Assembly: GCA_013696105.1 (NCBI GenBank)
Contig: JACCZE010000336.1
Location: 7,865-71,864 of the forward strand
Reading direction: 5' to 3'
DNA length: 64,000 nucleotides
From: Planctomycetota bacterium
GTDB lineage: Bacteria > Planctomycetota > UBA11346
Position numbers and translations under genes: made by a program
Shown: positions 38,680 through 47,729 of the stretch, piece after piece
How positions within the stretch are numbered: the first letter of the stretch is position 1
Layout: every line of letters starts with the position of its first letter
Notes under the pieces: model-generated
Seen by the model: only the letters and a program-made list of their open reading frames with translations
Told to the model about the DNA's origin: nothing
The model's database searches: none

Positions 38680-40083
38680 ATGTCCATGGCAGAGCAGCGC
38701 GTGGACGTGGTGGTGATCGGCAGCGGCCCCGGTGGCGAGGGTGCGGCGATGAAGGCCTCGAAGGAGGGCAAATCGGTCGCCATGGTCGAGCGGCACAACG
38801 AGGTCGGCGGCGGCTGCACGCACTGGGCGACCATCCCGAGCAAGGCGCTGCGCCACACCATCTTCCGGTTGATGGAATTCCGCTCCAATCCCCTGTTCCA
38901 GTCCGAGAACATCGAGGTCTCGTTTCCGCAGCTGCTGAAGACGGCCGACCGGGTGATCCGCGATCAGGTATCGCTGAGAGCCGGATTCTACGATCGCAAC
39001 CAGGTCAAGGTCACGCACGGACACGCGACCTTCATCGACGCCAAGACCATCGAGGTCGACAGCGGCCAGGCCAACGGCAAGTGCGAGCGCATCATCGCCG
39101 ACGGCTTCGTCATCGCCACCGGCTCGCGTCCGTACCGTCCCGACGATGTCGATTTCACGCATCCGCGGGTGCTCGACAGCGACACCGTCCTCAAGCTCCA
39201 GAGCACGCCGCAGTCGATCACCATCTACGGAGCGGGAGTGGTCGGCTGCGAATACGCCTCGATCTTCCGCAACCTGGGCATCAAGGTGAACCTGGTCAAT
39301 ACGCGCGACAAGCTGCTGTCGTTCCTCGATGACGAGATCGTCGACGCGCTGGCCTACCACCTGCGCGACCAGGGCGTGCTGGTGCGGCACAACGAGACCG
39401 CCGAGCGGGTCGAGACCATGGACGACGGCGTGGTGCTGCATCTGAAGTCCGGGAAACGGTTGAAGACCGACGTGCTGCTGTGGGCGAACGGTCGCACCGG
39501 CAACGCCCAGAACATGGGCCTCGAGGCGCTGGGCATCATCCCCAACGAACGCGGTCAGATCCCCATCAATGAGCACTACCAGACCGCGCAGAAGCACATC
39601 TACGCGGTCGGTGACGTGGTCGGCTGGCCGAGCCTCGCCAGCGCGGCGTACGACCAGGGCAGGTTCGCCGCCACCCACCTGATCGAGGGCAGCTGCGACC
39701 AGCGCCTGGTCCAGGACATCCCCACCGGGATCTACACCAGCCCCGAGATCAGCTCGCTCGGCAAGACCGAACGCGAATTGACCGAGGCCAAGGTGCCGTA
39801 CGAGCTCGGGCATTCGCTCTTCCGCAGCCTGGCGCGCGCCCAGATCACCGGCCAGACCGTGGGCATGCTCAAGATCCTGTTCCATCGCGAGACCCTCGAG
39901 ATCCTGGGCATCCATTGCTTCGGCTCGCAGGCCGCCGAGATCATCCACATCGGCCAGGCGATCATGTCCCAGCGCGGGTCGGCCAACACCCTGATGTACT
40001 TCATCAACACGACCTTCAACTATCCGACCATGGCCGAGGCCTACCGGGTGGCGGCGCTCAACGGGCTGAACCGGTTGTTCTGA
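38680..40083 (+). CDS. sthA: Soluble pyridine nucleotide transhydrogenase (Si-specific NAD(P)+ transhydrogenase)
   Basis: Nearly collinear with E. coli SthA, including [37 protein letters not shown], an NADH-binding [11 protein letters not shown] region and the C-terminal dimerisation domain. Confidence 0.95.
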   Translation: MSMAEQRVDVVVIGSGPGGEGAAMKASKEGKSVAMVERHNEVGGGCTHWATIPSKALRHTIFRLMEFRSNPLFQSENIEVSFPQLLKTADRVIRDQVSLRAGFYDRNQVKVTHGHATFIDAKTIEVDSGQANGKCERIIADGFVIATGSRPYRPDDVDFTHPRVLDSDTVLKLQSTPQSITIYGAGVVGCEYASIFRNLGIKVNLVNTRDKLLSFLDDEIVDALAYHLRDQGVLVRHNETAERVETMDDGVVLHLKSGKRLKTDVLLWANGRTGNAQNMGLEALGIIPNERGQIPINEHYQTAQKHIYAVGDVVGWPSLASAAYDQGRFAATHLIEGSCDQRLVQDIPTGIYTSPEISSLGKTERELTEAKVPYELGHSLFRSLARAQITGQTVGMLKILFHRETLEILGIHCFGSQAAEIIHIGQAIMSQRGSANTLMYFINTTFNYPTMAEAYRVAALNGLNRLF

Positions 40084-40157
40084 GCCGTGGCGACTCTGCG
40101 AATTGTGGAGAACCCGCGTAAAATGACGACGAGGGGCCTGCGCGCAGGGGGTCCGCT

Positions 40158-40814
40158 GTGAGCGTTCTTCCCGCGGAATTGCCCCTATTCCCGCTCCCGG
40201 ACCACGTGCTCATTCCCGGGCTGCCGCAGCCCTACCGGGTCTTCGAGCCGCGCTACCTCGCCCTGGTCCGTGGCCTGCTGCAGGCCTCCTCCGCCGAGCG
40301 CTGGCTGGCCATGCCATGCCTGGAACCCGGTTGGGAGGCTGATTACCAGGGATCACCGCCAGTCCGCCCGATTGCGGCCGCAGCCCTGGTGCGGCGCATC
40401 GAGGAGGGGCCGGGTGGCGAATATCATATCCTGGTCGAAGGCATCGCGCGGATCCGGCTGGTCGAGATCACCTCGTTCCAGCCGTACCGCCTGGCCCGTG
40501 CAGAGGCCCTGGCGGATCGACCGGAGGTCGCCAGCGCGGCTGCGATGCAGGGACTTCTGGATCAGCTCGCCGGCCTCGGAGATCGCATCGACCTCGACGC
40601 ACTCGGCTTGTCTCTGCTGCTCGCGGCCGATTCTGCGCACCGTCTGCTGGTGGATCGTCTCGGGGCGCTGCTCATACGTGTGACCGACGAGCGTCAGCGA
40701 TACCTCGAAACCGTGGATTTAACCGCACGAATCGCTCAGGTTCGTCGCGAGCTCGACGGCTTGTCGGGGGATGGTGGAGCCATGGATCGGCGATGGAAAC
40801 CATCGACCAATTGA
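40158..40814 (+). CDS. LON substrate-binding (Lon N-terminal) domain protein
   Basis: LPLFPLPDHVLIPGLPQPYRVFEPRYLALV is the Lon N-domain signature. It has no AAA+ or protease domain. Confidence 0.7.
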   Translation: MSVLPAELPLFPLPDHVLIPGLPQPYRVFEPRYLALVRGLLQASSAERWLAMPCLEPGWEADYQGSPPVRPIAAAALVRRIEEGPGGEYHILVEGIARIRLVEITSFQPYRLARAEALADRPEVASAAAMQGLLDQLAGLGDRIDLDALGLSLLLAADSAHRLLVDRLGALLIRVTDERQRYLETVDLTARIAQVRRELDGLSGDGGAMDRRWKPSTN

Positions 40815-41445
40815 CGAGAGGATGGATCCGAGGGCACACAACGACACGATCCTGGCACCGTGCCTGGTCCCGATCACCGCTGAGAACAGGCCACCCGGCT
40901 CGGAGAGGTTCTCTGAATCGCGGTATGATCCGATCATCGGGCAGCGTGCCCATCTGCGCTGGGATCCGCGGTTGCGTCGGGACGTCGGTGCGGTTTCCAT
41001 GATGGATGGATGGAAAGACCCACGCATCGACAGGCGAGGCAACCGGCTTGGATCGGCGTCTCCGTCTCTGCAATGCGCTATACAGGTCGCCAAAGCGGTC
41101 CGGCTGGTCCCGCTATGCCTCACAGGTCGTCGGGGGCCTCGGAATATCGATTCTGGCTAGGACGCCGTGGGTGCGTCCAGTGGCTGAAGACGGGGATGCA
41201 GGAAAACGGATGGTGGACCGGTGCCAGATCCAGGCGGAATTCCTGGGAGAATCCCGGAAATGCCGAGCCCCGGTCCGCCAGGCGCCCGTCGGAAAGCCCG
41301 CAAAATCCCAAAATGTGGAGAACTTGTCGGCAAAGACCTGAAACCTGCTCTTGTCGCTGCCAGCGGAGACGCCAAACATGTCCCCGGTCGGCGAACATCA
41401 TCGCTGGCCCGTGTCCATGGCCGTGGCCGTTCGAGAGGGGTCCCA
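40815..41445. other. 630-bp non-coding, lower-GC region upstream of the dnaB-like gene; possible long leader, regulatory region or unrecognised ncRNA
   Basis: There is no convincing ORF: all frames here give R/P-rich or stop-interrupted products. Local GC drops. It contains a short GATGGATGGATGG repeat and one near-DnaA-box, TGTGGAGAA. Confidence 0.3.
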
Positions 41446-43098
41446 GTGAGCAAACCCAGGCAAGACGCCACCCCGATCCCGACGCGCGAGCTCCCACACA
41501 ACCTCGAGCTCGAGAAGGCCGTGCTCGCCGTCCTGCTGGACGGACGCCATGCCGTGGCGATGCAGCAGGCCCGCGCGGTGGTCGAGCACACCATGGCCTT
41601 CTTCCATCGCGACCACCGCATGGTCTACCTGGCCTGCCTCGAGCTCGACGACGACGGTCACCGCGTCGATGCGCAGTCGGTGCTCGAACTGCTCAGCCGA
41701 TATCCCTTCCAGGCGATGATCGAACGCCTCCGTCAGCAGCAGATCCTGTTCGACAGCGAGCAGCTCGATAGCTTGGACCGTCGCCGCCTGCGTGAACTCT
41801 ACCGCCGCACGGCCGGGGATACGTCCGCCGATTTCGCCGACAGCGCCCTGGCCGCCCTCGGGGGCCCCAATGCGGTGTTCGACCTGATGCAGGCGTTCGG
41901 TCCGGTGGCCGGGATGAAGCGCAATGTCGATCTGCTCTGGGACTATTACCTCAAGCGGCGGATGATCTCGCGGCTTCAGAGCCTGTGCGACAAGGCCTAC
42001 CGTACGCCGGACGAGTTCCCGAAGCTCCTGGACGAGGGCAATCAGGCGATCCTGGACCTGAACCGGATGAACCGGATGGCCACCGTGTTCGGCATCTCGG
42101 ATGTGGTCGACCAGACGCTCAAGCACATCACCGAGCAGAACGCGAACCCCGAGCACGCGGTGAAGACCGGCCTCGAGGATGTGGATATGCGCCTGAATTC
42201 GCTGCGTCCGGGCGGACTGTACGTGCTCGCCGCCCGACCCGGCGTGGGCAAGACCTCGCTCGCCCTGAAGATCGTCGCCAACATCGCCAGCAACGTCGAT
42301 GCCCAGCAAGGTGTGCTGTTCTTCAGCCTCGAGGTCGATCGCGTCGACCTGTTGAAGAAGCTGCTGGCGGCCGAGACGGGCGTCGACTTCCAGGCACTGG
42401 ACAGCGGCATCATCAAGCCCGAGGAATACGCCCTGGTCGAGGAGGCAGGTCAGCGCTGCAAGAGCTGGAACCTGCACCTGATGGACGTCTCGGACCTCAC
42501 CGTGCATGCGCTGCGCTCGGTGGTGAAGCGGCAGGTGCTCGAGAGCCAAGGCAAGTTGAAGCTCGTGGTGCTGGATTACCTGCAGCTGTTGAACAGCCAG
42601 AAGACCGACGCGACCGAATATGAGAAGGTGTCCGAGATCAGCCGCGTCCTCAAGCTGATGGCGATGAACCTGAAGATCCCCGTGCTCGCCCTGTCGCAGA
42701 TGTCGCGCGACAGCGAGAAGGGCGTGGGGAGCACTCCGCGCGATCCGCGCTTGAGCGATCTGCGCGGCTCCGGATCGATCGAGCAGGACGCGGACGCCGT
42801 CCTGTTCATGCATCGCGTCGACGGGGGGGAAGGGTCGAAGGAAGGCGAGGTGCGCAAGATCAAGATCATCGTCGCGAAGAACCGCTTCGGACCGACGGGC
42901 GCGGCAGCGATGGACTTCTACCCGTCGAAGATGCGCTTCGTGCCGTCGCGGGTCGAGGAGGAGATCGAAGGCGACACCTTCGATTCGGTGCCGCACAAGG
43001 CCCACAAGCACCAGCAGCGGAAACGCATGCAGGACAAGCCGTCGAGCGAGGAGGACCAGTTCAGTCCGGGGCCATCCGGTGAATCCGCGCTGTTCTGA
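41446..43098 (+). CDS. dnaB: DnaB-family replicative DNA helicase (divergent, with an acidic/basic C-terminal tail)
   Basis: The N-terminal PHNLELEKAVLAVLL, Walker A GLYVLAARPGVGKTS, the H4 region SQMSRDSEK....PRLSDLRGSGSIEQDADAV and RecA-like C-terminal motifs. A GTG start at 41446 has a GAGAGGGG RBS 6 nt upstream. The first 75 codons of the track ORF were rejected. Confidence 0.8.
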   Translation: MSKPRQDATPIPTRELPHNLELEKAVLAVLLDGRHAVAMQQARAVVEHTMAFFHRDHRMVYLACLELDDDGHRVDAQSVLELLSRYPFQAMIERLRQQQILFDSEQLDSLDRRRLRELYRRTAGDTSADFADSALAALGGPNAVFDLMQAFGPVAGMKRNVDLLWDYYLKRRMISRLQSLCDKAYRTPDEFPKLLDEGNQAILDLNRMNRMATVFGISDVVDQTLKHITEQNANPEHAVKTGLEDVDMRLNSLRPGGLYVLAARPGVGKTSLALKIVANIASNVDAQQGVLFFSLEVDRVDLLKKLLAAETGVDFQALDSGIIKPEEYALVEEAGQRCKSWNLHLMDVSDLTVHALRSVVKRQVLESQGKLKLVVLDYLQLLNSQKTDATEYEKVSEISRVLKLMAMNLKIPVLALSQMSRDSEKGVGSTPRDPRLSDLRGSGSIEQDADAVLFMHRVDGGEGSKEGEVRKIKIIVAKNRFGPTGAAAMDFYPSKMRFVPSRVEEEIEGDTFDSVPHKAHKHQQRKRMQDKPSSEEDQFSPGPSGESALF

Positions 43099-43328
43099 TC
43101 CCTGCGAGGTCGTCAGAACTGGAAGCGCTGAGCGGCCAGCCGCTTGGGTGAACCATCAGGTCACCGTTCGCAACGATAGCCGTTGTTGCATTATTCTGCG
43201 ATCATGTGTGCTGTCGCGCTCGCGTCTGCGAGCAGAGGTATCGCTGTGCCACCAGGAGTTCAGGGCATGACCACGAGTCGGATGCTGCGCGATCGACCGG
43301 TCGGGTCCGGAATGGCAGCCAGACGCCG

Positions 43329-45488
43329 ATGAGCGAACCGGACTCCGCTCCTCCCTCCACGCCGGCCGCACCGCCCGAGGCTGGCGATGCCCGAGCGCCT
43401 GGCGCCGGTGGCCAAGACGCAGGGGGCGGACGTTCGATCACCTTCAAGTCGGTGTTCTTCGGCCTGGCCGGCGTCGGATTCATCGCCTTGTATGCCAACT
43501 TCAACAGCGAGATCCTCAAGCTCAGCTCGATCATCGGCAACCAGCTGCCGATCGGGCCGTTCTTCATCATCCTCGTCCTGGCGACCCTATGGAATCCACT
43601 CGCTGGCAAGGTATCGAGCCGTCTGCGCTTGAGCACGCGCGAATTCGCCGTGGTGCTGGCGATGATGCTGATCTCCTGCTGGCTGCCGATGAGCGGGTTC
43701 TACATGCTCTTCCAGCGGGCGATCATCACCCCGTGGACGGTTGCCGCCGGCAAGCCCGACTGGGAGGTCCACAAGACGCTGTCGCACCTCCCAAAGGAGC
43801 TGTTCCCGCTCGAGCATGAACGCGGGTCCACCCAGGCCGACAAGGAAGCCTACGAGCGGGTCTACGAGAGCTTCGCGCAAGGCATCCCGCACGGGGACGA
43901 GAAGCTGGGGTTGACCGAAGCCCCGTATCGCGAATGGCTGCCCGCGATGATGCGGTGGGCTCCGTTGTTGCTGTTCGTGTCGATCGCGGTCATCTCGCTG
44001 ATCCTGCTCGTGCATCGACAGTGGTCGCATCACGAGCAGCTCGCCTATCCCCTGGCCATCGTCTCGACCGCGCTGATCGCGCGGACCGGGTCTCGGGCCA
44101 CCTCCGACATCTTCTATTCCCGGCTGTTCTGGTTCGGGTTCGCACCCGTGTTTGCGATCCACCTGTTCAATTATCTGCACGCGTGGTTTCCGCTGTACGT
44201 GCCGGAGATCAAGCTGACCACCGAGCTGATCGGGGAATTCAAGGAGATCTTCCCGTCGCTGAAGAACTCGATGACCCACGTCACCTCGATCAAGGTGAGC
44301 TTCCTGATCATCGGCATCGCCTACTTCATCGCATCGGACATCAGCCTCAGCCTGGGTATGGCCTCCTTGTTCGTCAGCGTGTTCACCGCCCAGTTCTACA
44401 TCATGAGCGGCGGCATGCCTGTGGGCTGGGGCGAGATGGCCAACATCCGCGCCGGCAGCTATGTGGCCTACGCTGCCCTGCTGGTCTACACGGGGCGCCA
44501 TTTCTACTGGAAGGTCTTCAACAAGGCGGTCCGGCCCATTTCCCAACGAGAGGATATGGAGGCCGTCTGGGCGGCGCGCATCTTCGTCCTGTCGTTCGCC
44601 TGCTTCGTGGGTTTCCTGATCACGGTGATGGATCTCGACTGGTTCATCGCCCTGATCTACGCCGGCAGCGTGATGCTCTTCATGCTGGTGTTCACCCGCA
44701 TCATCTGCGAAACCGGATTGCCGTTCCTGGCCGCGGGTGTCGACATCATCAATGTCATCACCTCGCTCCTGGGTGCGCCTGCGGTCGGTCCAGGCGCGCT
44801 CGTCGTCATCTATTACCTATCATGCATCATCAAGACTGACACCACCGAGGCGCTGATGCCCTACGTCGCGACCAGCTTGAAGACCGCCGACAATGTCGGA
44901 GTCAGCAGGCCGCGCCTGCTGACGGTCGCCTTCGCGGGCATGACCATCGCGTTCGCGCTCTGCTTCTTCTCATGGACCTACGGGCTCTACGCCAAGGGGT
45001 CGGGCAACAACATGTGGGTGGTGTCGCCGTCGATCTGGGCCCTGGATAACGCGACCACCAAGCTCGCGATCCTCAAGGATACCGAGCAATTGGCGGAATC
45101 AGCGAACACCCACGGTTTGGCCAAGCTTGGCCTGATCCCGCAGAACGTCGGCAACGGGCTGATCATCAAGTGGATGGGATTAGGCGCCTTCTTCGTGCTG
45201 GCATTCTCGCTGCTGCGCTTCCGATTCGCGTGGTGGCCGCTGCACCCTGTGGCATTCCTGGTCTGGGGCACCAGCGCGTCGCGCGTGACATGGTTCTCCT
45301 TCTTCCTCGGATGGTGCATCAAGGAGCTGATCGTGCGATTCGGCGGGGGGCGGAGCTACCAATCGCTCAAGCCGATCTTCCTCGGGCTGATCATGGGCGA
45401 GATCGTGGCGGTGGCGATGACCCTGGTCTGTGGAGCCTTCTACTACTGGTCGACCGGCCTGCTGCCGAAGACGATCGGGATCTGGTGA
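43329..45488 (+). CDS. Large polytopic membrane protein (about 719 aa, about 16 TM), OPT-oligopeptide-transporter-like; paralog of 52592-54547
   Basis: An Ala/Pro/Gly-rich N-terminal tail, then repeated TM helices. Segment-level similarity to the second membrane protein (LSTREFAVVLAMMLIS versus LSRAQLFVLFYLSGTII) and loosely to OPT-family N-termini. The start is at the Met at 43329. Confidence 0.6.
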   Translation: MSEPDSAPPSTPAAPPEAGDARAPGAGGQDAGGGRSITFKSVFFGLAGVGFIALYANFNSEILKLSSIIGNQLPIGPFFIILVLATLWNPLAGKVSSRLRLSTREFAVVLAMMLISCWLPMSGFYMLFQRAIITPWTVAAGKPDWEVHKTLSHLPKELFPLEHERGSTQADKEAYERVYESFAQGIPHGDEKLGLTEAPYREWLPAMMRWAPLLLFVSIAVISLILLVHRQWSHHEQLAYPLAIVSTALIARTGSRATSDIFYSRLFWFGFAPVFAIHLFNYLHAWFPLYVPEIKLTTELIGEFKEIFPSLKNSMTHVTSIKVSFLIIGIAYFIASDISLSLGMASLFVSVFTAQFYIMSGGMPVGWGEMANIRAGSYVAYAALLVYTGRHFYWKVFNKAVRPISQREDMEAVWAARIFVLSFACFVGFLITVMDLDWFIALIYAGSVMLFMLVFTRIICETGLPFLAAGVDIINVITSLLGAPAVGPGALVVIYYLSCIIKTDTTEALMPYVATSLKTADNVGVSRPRLLTVAFAGMTIAFALCFFSWTYGLYAKGSGNNMWVVSPSIWALDNATTKLAILKDTEQLAESANTHGLAKLGLIPQNVGNGLIIKWMGLGAFFVLAFSLLRFRFAWWPLHPVAFLVWGTSASRVTWFSFFLGWCIKELIVRFGGGRSYQSLKPIFLGLIMGEIVAVAMTLVCGAFYYWSTGLLPKTIGIW

Positions 45489-45489
45489 C

Positions 45490-46965
45490 ATGAGCGCTCC
45501 AGGCATCGACGTTCGCGCTCAGCACACGATCCCGTTGGCCAAGGCCACCACGCTGTGCCTGAAGGGTATCACCCATCGCCTGTTCCGTTCGCTGCTGACG
45601 CTGATGGTCATCGTGCTCGCCGTGGCGTTTTTCATGACTCTGCTGTGCGAAGCTGCCTTCACGCGCGCGATCGGAAGAGGCGTCATGTCCGAGGCTGCCG
45701 AGCAGCGCATCCCCGAGCGGCGCGCGAAGATTTGGTTCTCGCAGCCATCGCAGGTCCTGCTCGCGACTCGGTTGGCCACCGCCACGCAAGCGGATATCGA
45801 CGAATTCGCCGCGGTATCGGGAGTCGAGCACGCCCACGTGCAGCACCTCGTCGTTGAAAGCGATCGACAGGCGAGGCTCCTAGCTTTTTTCGCCACCATG
45901 GATGCCGGCAGTCGCGCGGTGCTGATCGGAAAGGTCAAAGGTCGCGAGGTGTTCACGCATCTTTCGGATCCAGCGGGATGGGAGGCTTTCACCCAGGGCG
46001 TGCGTCAGGTCCACGCTTATTCGCTGCCACTGCCGTTGCCCGAGATCAAGACGTTCATCGATGGCTATCCGGGCTATATTCGCGATCTCGATGCCTTCGC
46101 CTCCGCATGGAAGGCCGGTGTTTCTCGTTTCACCGCAGAGCTCGCTCCGATCGCCGGAACCACCGAAGAAGCCGGGTGGCGCGCGTGGCTGGTGTCGGCC
46201 GATGCCGGACAGCTCGCAACCGTCCAGGCGTTGCTGGCACGGCATGGCTTCCGGGATACCCTCGAGATTGTCGCGCGCGTGCGCCAAGGTCTGGCCGACG
46301 CCCAGGTGCGCGACCAGATCGCCGCTGCATTGGATTCGGACAAGGCCGTCGTCGCTTGGAAGAAGACCTTCCTGAACGATCCGTCTCCGGACCAGAAGAT
46401 GGGCTTCATCGCGGACAAGCGGGTGGAGCGGGTCCTGGAGGGGCGGTGGAGCCACGAGCGCCTGACTGCGGTCGCGGCGGGCATCGATCATGAGCACCAG
46501 GTCGCCAATCTCGAGAAGGTGGTGTCCCAGCGCATTCCCGACCAGCGCAGCGATGCGCTGATCAACGGTCGTCAGGCGTTCCTCATGGCCATCTCGTTCG
46601 TGGTATGCATGGTCGGCATCGCCAACGCCATGCTCATGGCGATCACCGAGCGCTTCCGTGAGATCGCGACCATGAAATGCCTCGGTGCCACCGACGGCTT
46701 CATCCTGCAGCAGTTCCTGATGGAGGCGGGCATCCAGGGGCTCGCTGGCGGGGCGGTCGGCATGGTCATCGGTGCAGTGTTGGCCGTGGCCAAGGGATCG
46801 GTCGTGTACGGCTCCTACCTCTATGGATATTTCCCCATCGTCGATGTCCTGATCGCAGCGGCGATCTGCATCGCGACCGGAGTCCTTCTATCCACCCTCG
46901 CCTCAATCTATCCGTCGTGGACCGCATCGCGGATGGCCCCGATGGATGCTATGAGGGTCGAGTGA
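45490..46965 (+). CDS. ABC transporter permease, FtsX/MacB-like (type VII ABC), 4 TM with a large periplasmic domain of about 330 aa
   Basis: TM1 (FRSLLTLMVIVLAVAF), a long extracytoplasmic domain, then the FtsX C-terminal signature ITERFREIATMKCLGATDGFILQQFLMEAG...YPSWTASRMAPMDAMRVE. Confidence 0.85.
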   Translation: MSAPGIDVRAQHTIPLAKATTLCLKGITHRLFRSLLTLMVIVLAVAFFMTLLCEAAFTRAIGRGVMSEAAEQRIPERRAKIWFSQPSQVLLATRLATATQADIDEFAAVSGVEHAHVQHLVVESDRQARLLAFFATMDAGSRAVLIGKVKGREVFTHLSDPAGWEAFTQGVRQVHAYSLPLPLPEIKTFIDGYPGYIRDLDAFASAWKAGVSRFTAELAPIAGTTEEAGWRAWLVSADAGQLATVQALLARHGFRDTLEIVARVRQGLADAQVRDQIAAALDSDKAVVAWKKTFLNDPSPDQKMGFIADKRVERVLEGRWSHERLTAVAAGIDHEHQVANLEKVVSQRIPDQRSDALINGRQAFLMAISFVVCMVGIANAMLMAITERFREIATMKCLGATDGFILQQFLMEAGIQGLAGGAVGMVIGAVLAVAKGSVVYGSYLYGYFPIVDVLIAAAICIATGVLLSTLASIYPSWTASRMAPMDAMRVE

Positions 46966-47729
46966 TGACGTTCGATCCGATCGCTTATGGTCGCGGCAAA
47001 TCGATCCTCGTGCGCGCGCATGGCGTGCAGAAGACCTATGTCCGCGGGGCCGAGGTCACCCAGGCGCTCAAGGGCATCGACCTCGAGATTTACCGAGGCG
47101 AATATATCTGCGTCATGGGTCCGTCAGGCTCCGGAAAATCGACATTCTTCAATATGGTCGGCGGTCTGGATTCACCCACGGCGGGCCGGGTATTCATCGA
47201 CGAGGTCGACATGGCCCAGCTCAACGCCCATGAGCTGGCGTTTCTGCGGTGCCGCAAGATCGGCTACATCTTCCAGTCCTACAATCTGAATTCGGTGATG
47301 ACCGCTCTCGAGAACGTCACGCTGCCGATGACCTTCGCGGGCGTCCATTCTGATGAGGCGCGGCGTCGAGGCATGGAGCTGCTCGAGCGCGTCGGGCTCG
47401 GCGACCGCTGGCTGCACCGGCCCAAGCAGATGTCGGGCGGTCAGCAGCAGCGCGTCGCCATCGCTCGCGCACTCGCCAATCGCCCGTCACTGCTGCTGTG
47501 CGACGAGCCGACGGCGAACCTCGACCTGGTCTCAGGCAAGGAGGTGCACCGTATCCTGCATGATCTCAATCGCGATGACGGCGTCACCATCATCTGTGCG
47601 ACGCACGACCACAACATGCTTGAGGTCAGCAACCGCATGATCTGGATCGCGAACGGCCAGATCGAGCGCGTCTCGTTGAGTTCGGATGTGCGCCTCGAAC
47701 GCGCCAGCCTGGGTGACGACCATGGGTGA
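46965..47729 (+). CDS. ABC transporter ATP-binding protein (MacB/LolD-type NBD)
   Basis: Walker A GPSGSGKST, Q-loop, ABC signature MSGGQQQRVAIARAL, Walker B LLLCDEPTANLD and H-loop CATHD. The start overlaps the upstream stop as TGATG. Confidence 0.9.
   Translation: MTFDPIAYGRGKSILVRAHGVQKTYVRGAEVTQALKGIDLEIYRGEYICVMGPSGSGKSTFFNMVGGLDSPTAGRVFIDEVDMAQLNAHELAFLRCRKIGYIFQSYNLNSVMTALENVTLPMTFAGVHSDEARRRGMELLERVGLGDRWLHRPKQMSGGQQQRVAIARALANRPSLLLCDEPTANLDLVSGKEVHRILHDLNRDDGVTIICATHDHNMLEVSNRMIWIANGQIERVSLSSDVRLERASLGDDHG

Noticed and set aside
37570-39948. 792-aa minus-strand ORF
   Set aside because: It is antisense to the Erm-like gene and sthA. sthA is near-identical in motif order to the E. 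coli enzyme.
40771-41160. 129-aa plus ORF and other ORFs in the 630-bp low-GC region
   Set aside because: It overlaps the Lon-N gene end. There is no RBS or motif, and neighbouring frames are equally open. The region is treated as non-coding.
41221-41445. First 75 codons of the track ORF for the DnaB-like protein (GTG at 41221)
   Set aside because: They give a Pro/Gly/Arg-rich peptide with no helicase similarity. The GTG at 41446 has a strong RBS and begins at the conserved N-terminal domain.
40815-41445. Searched by eye for tmRNA, RNase P RNA and SRP RNA hallmarks (GGTTCGATTCC terminus, GGAAAGTCCGGGC, CCGGAAGGAAGCAGC) and for strong DnaA boxes
   Set aside because: None of these are present, only one 8/9 DnaA-box-like match. 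No ncRNA call was made.
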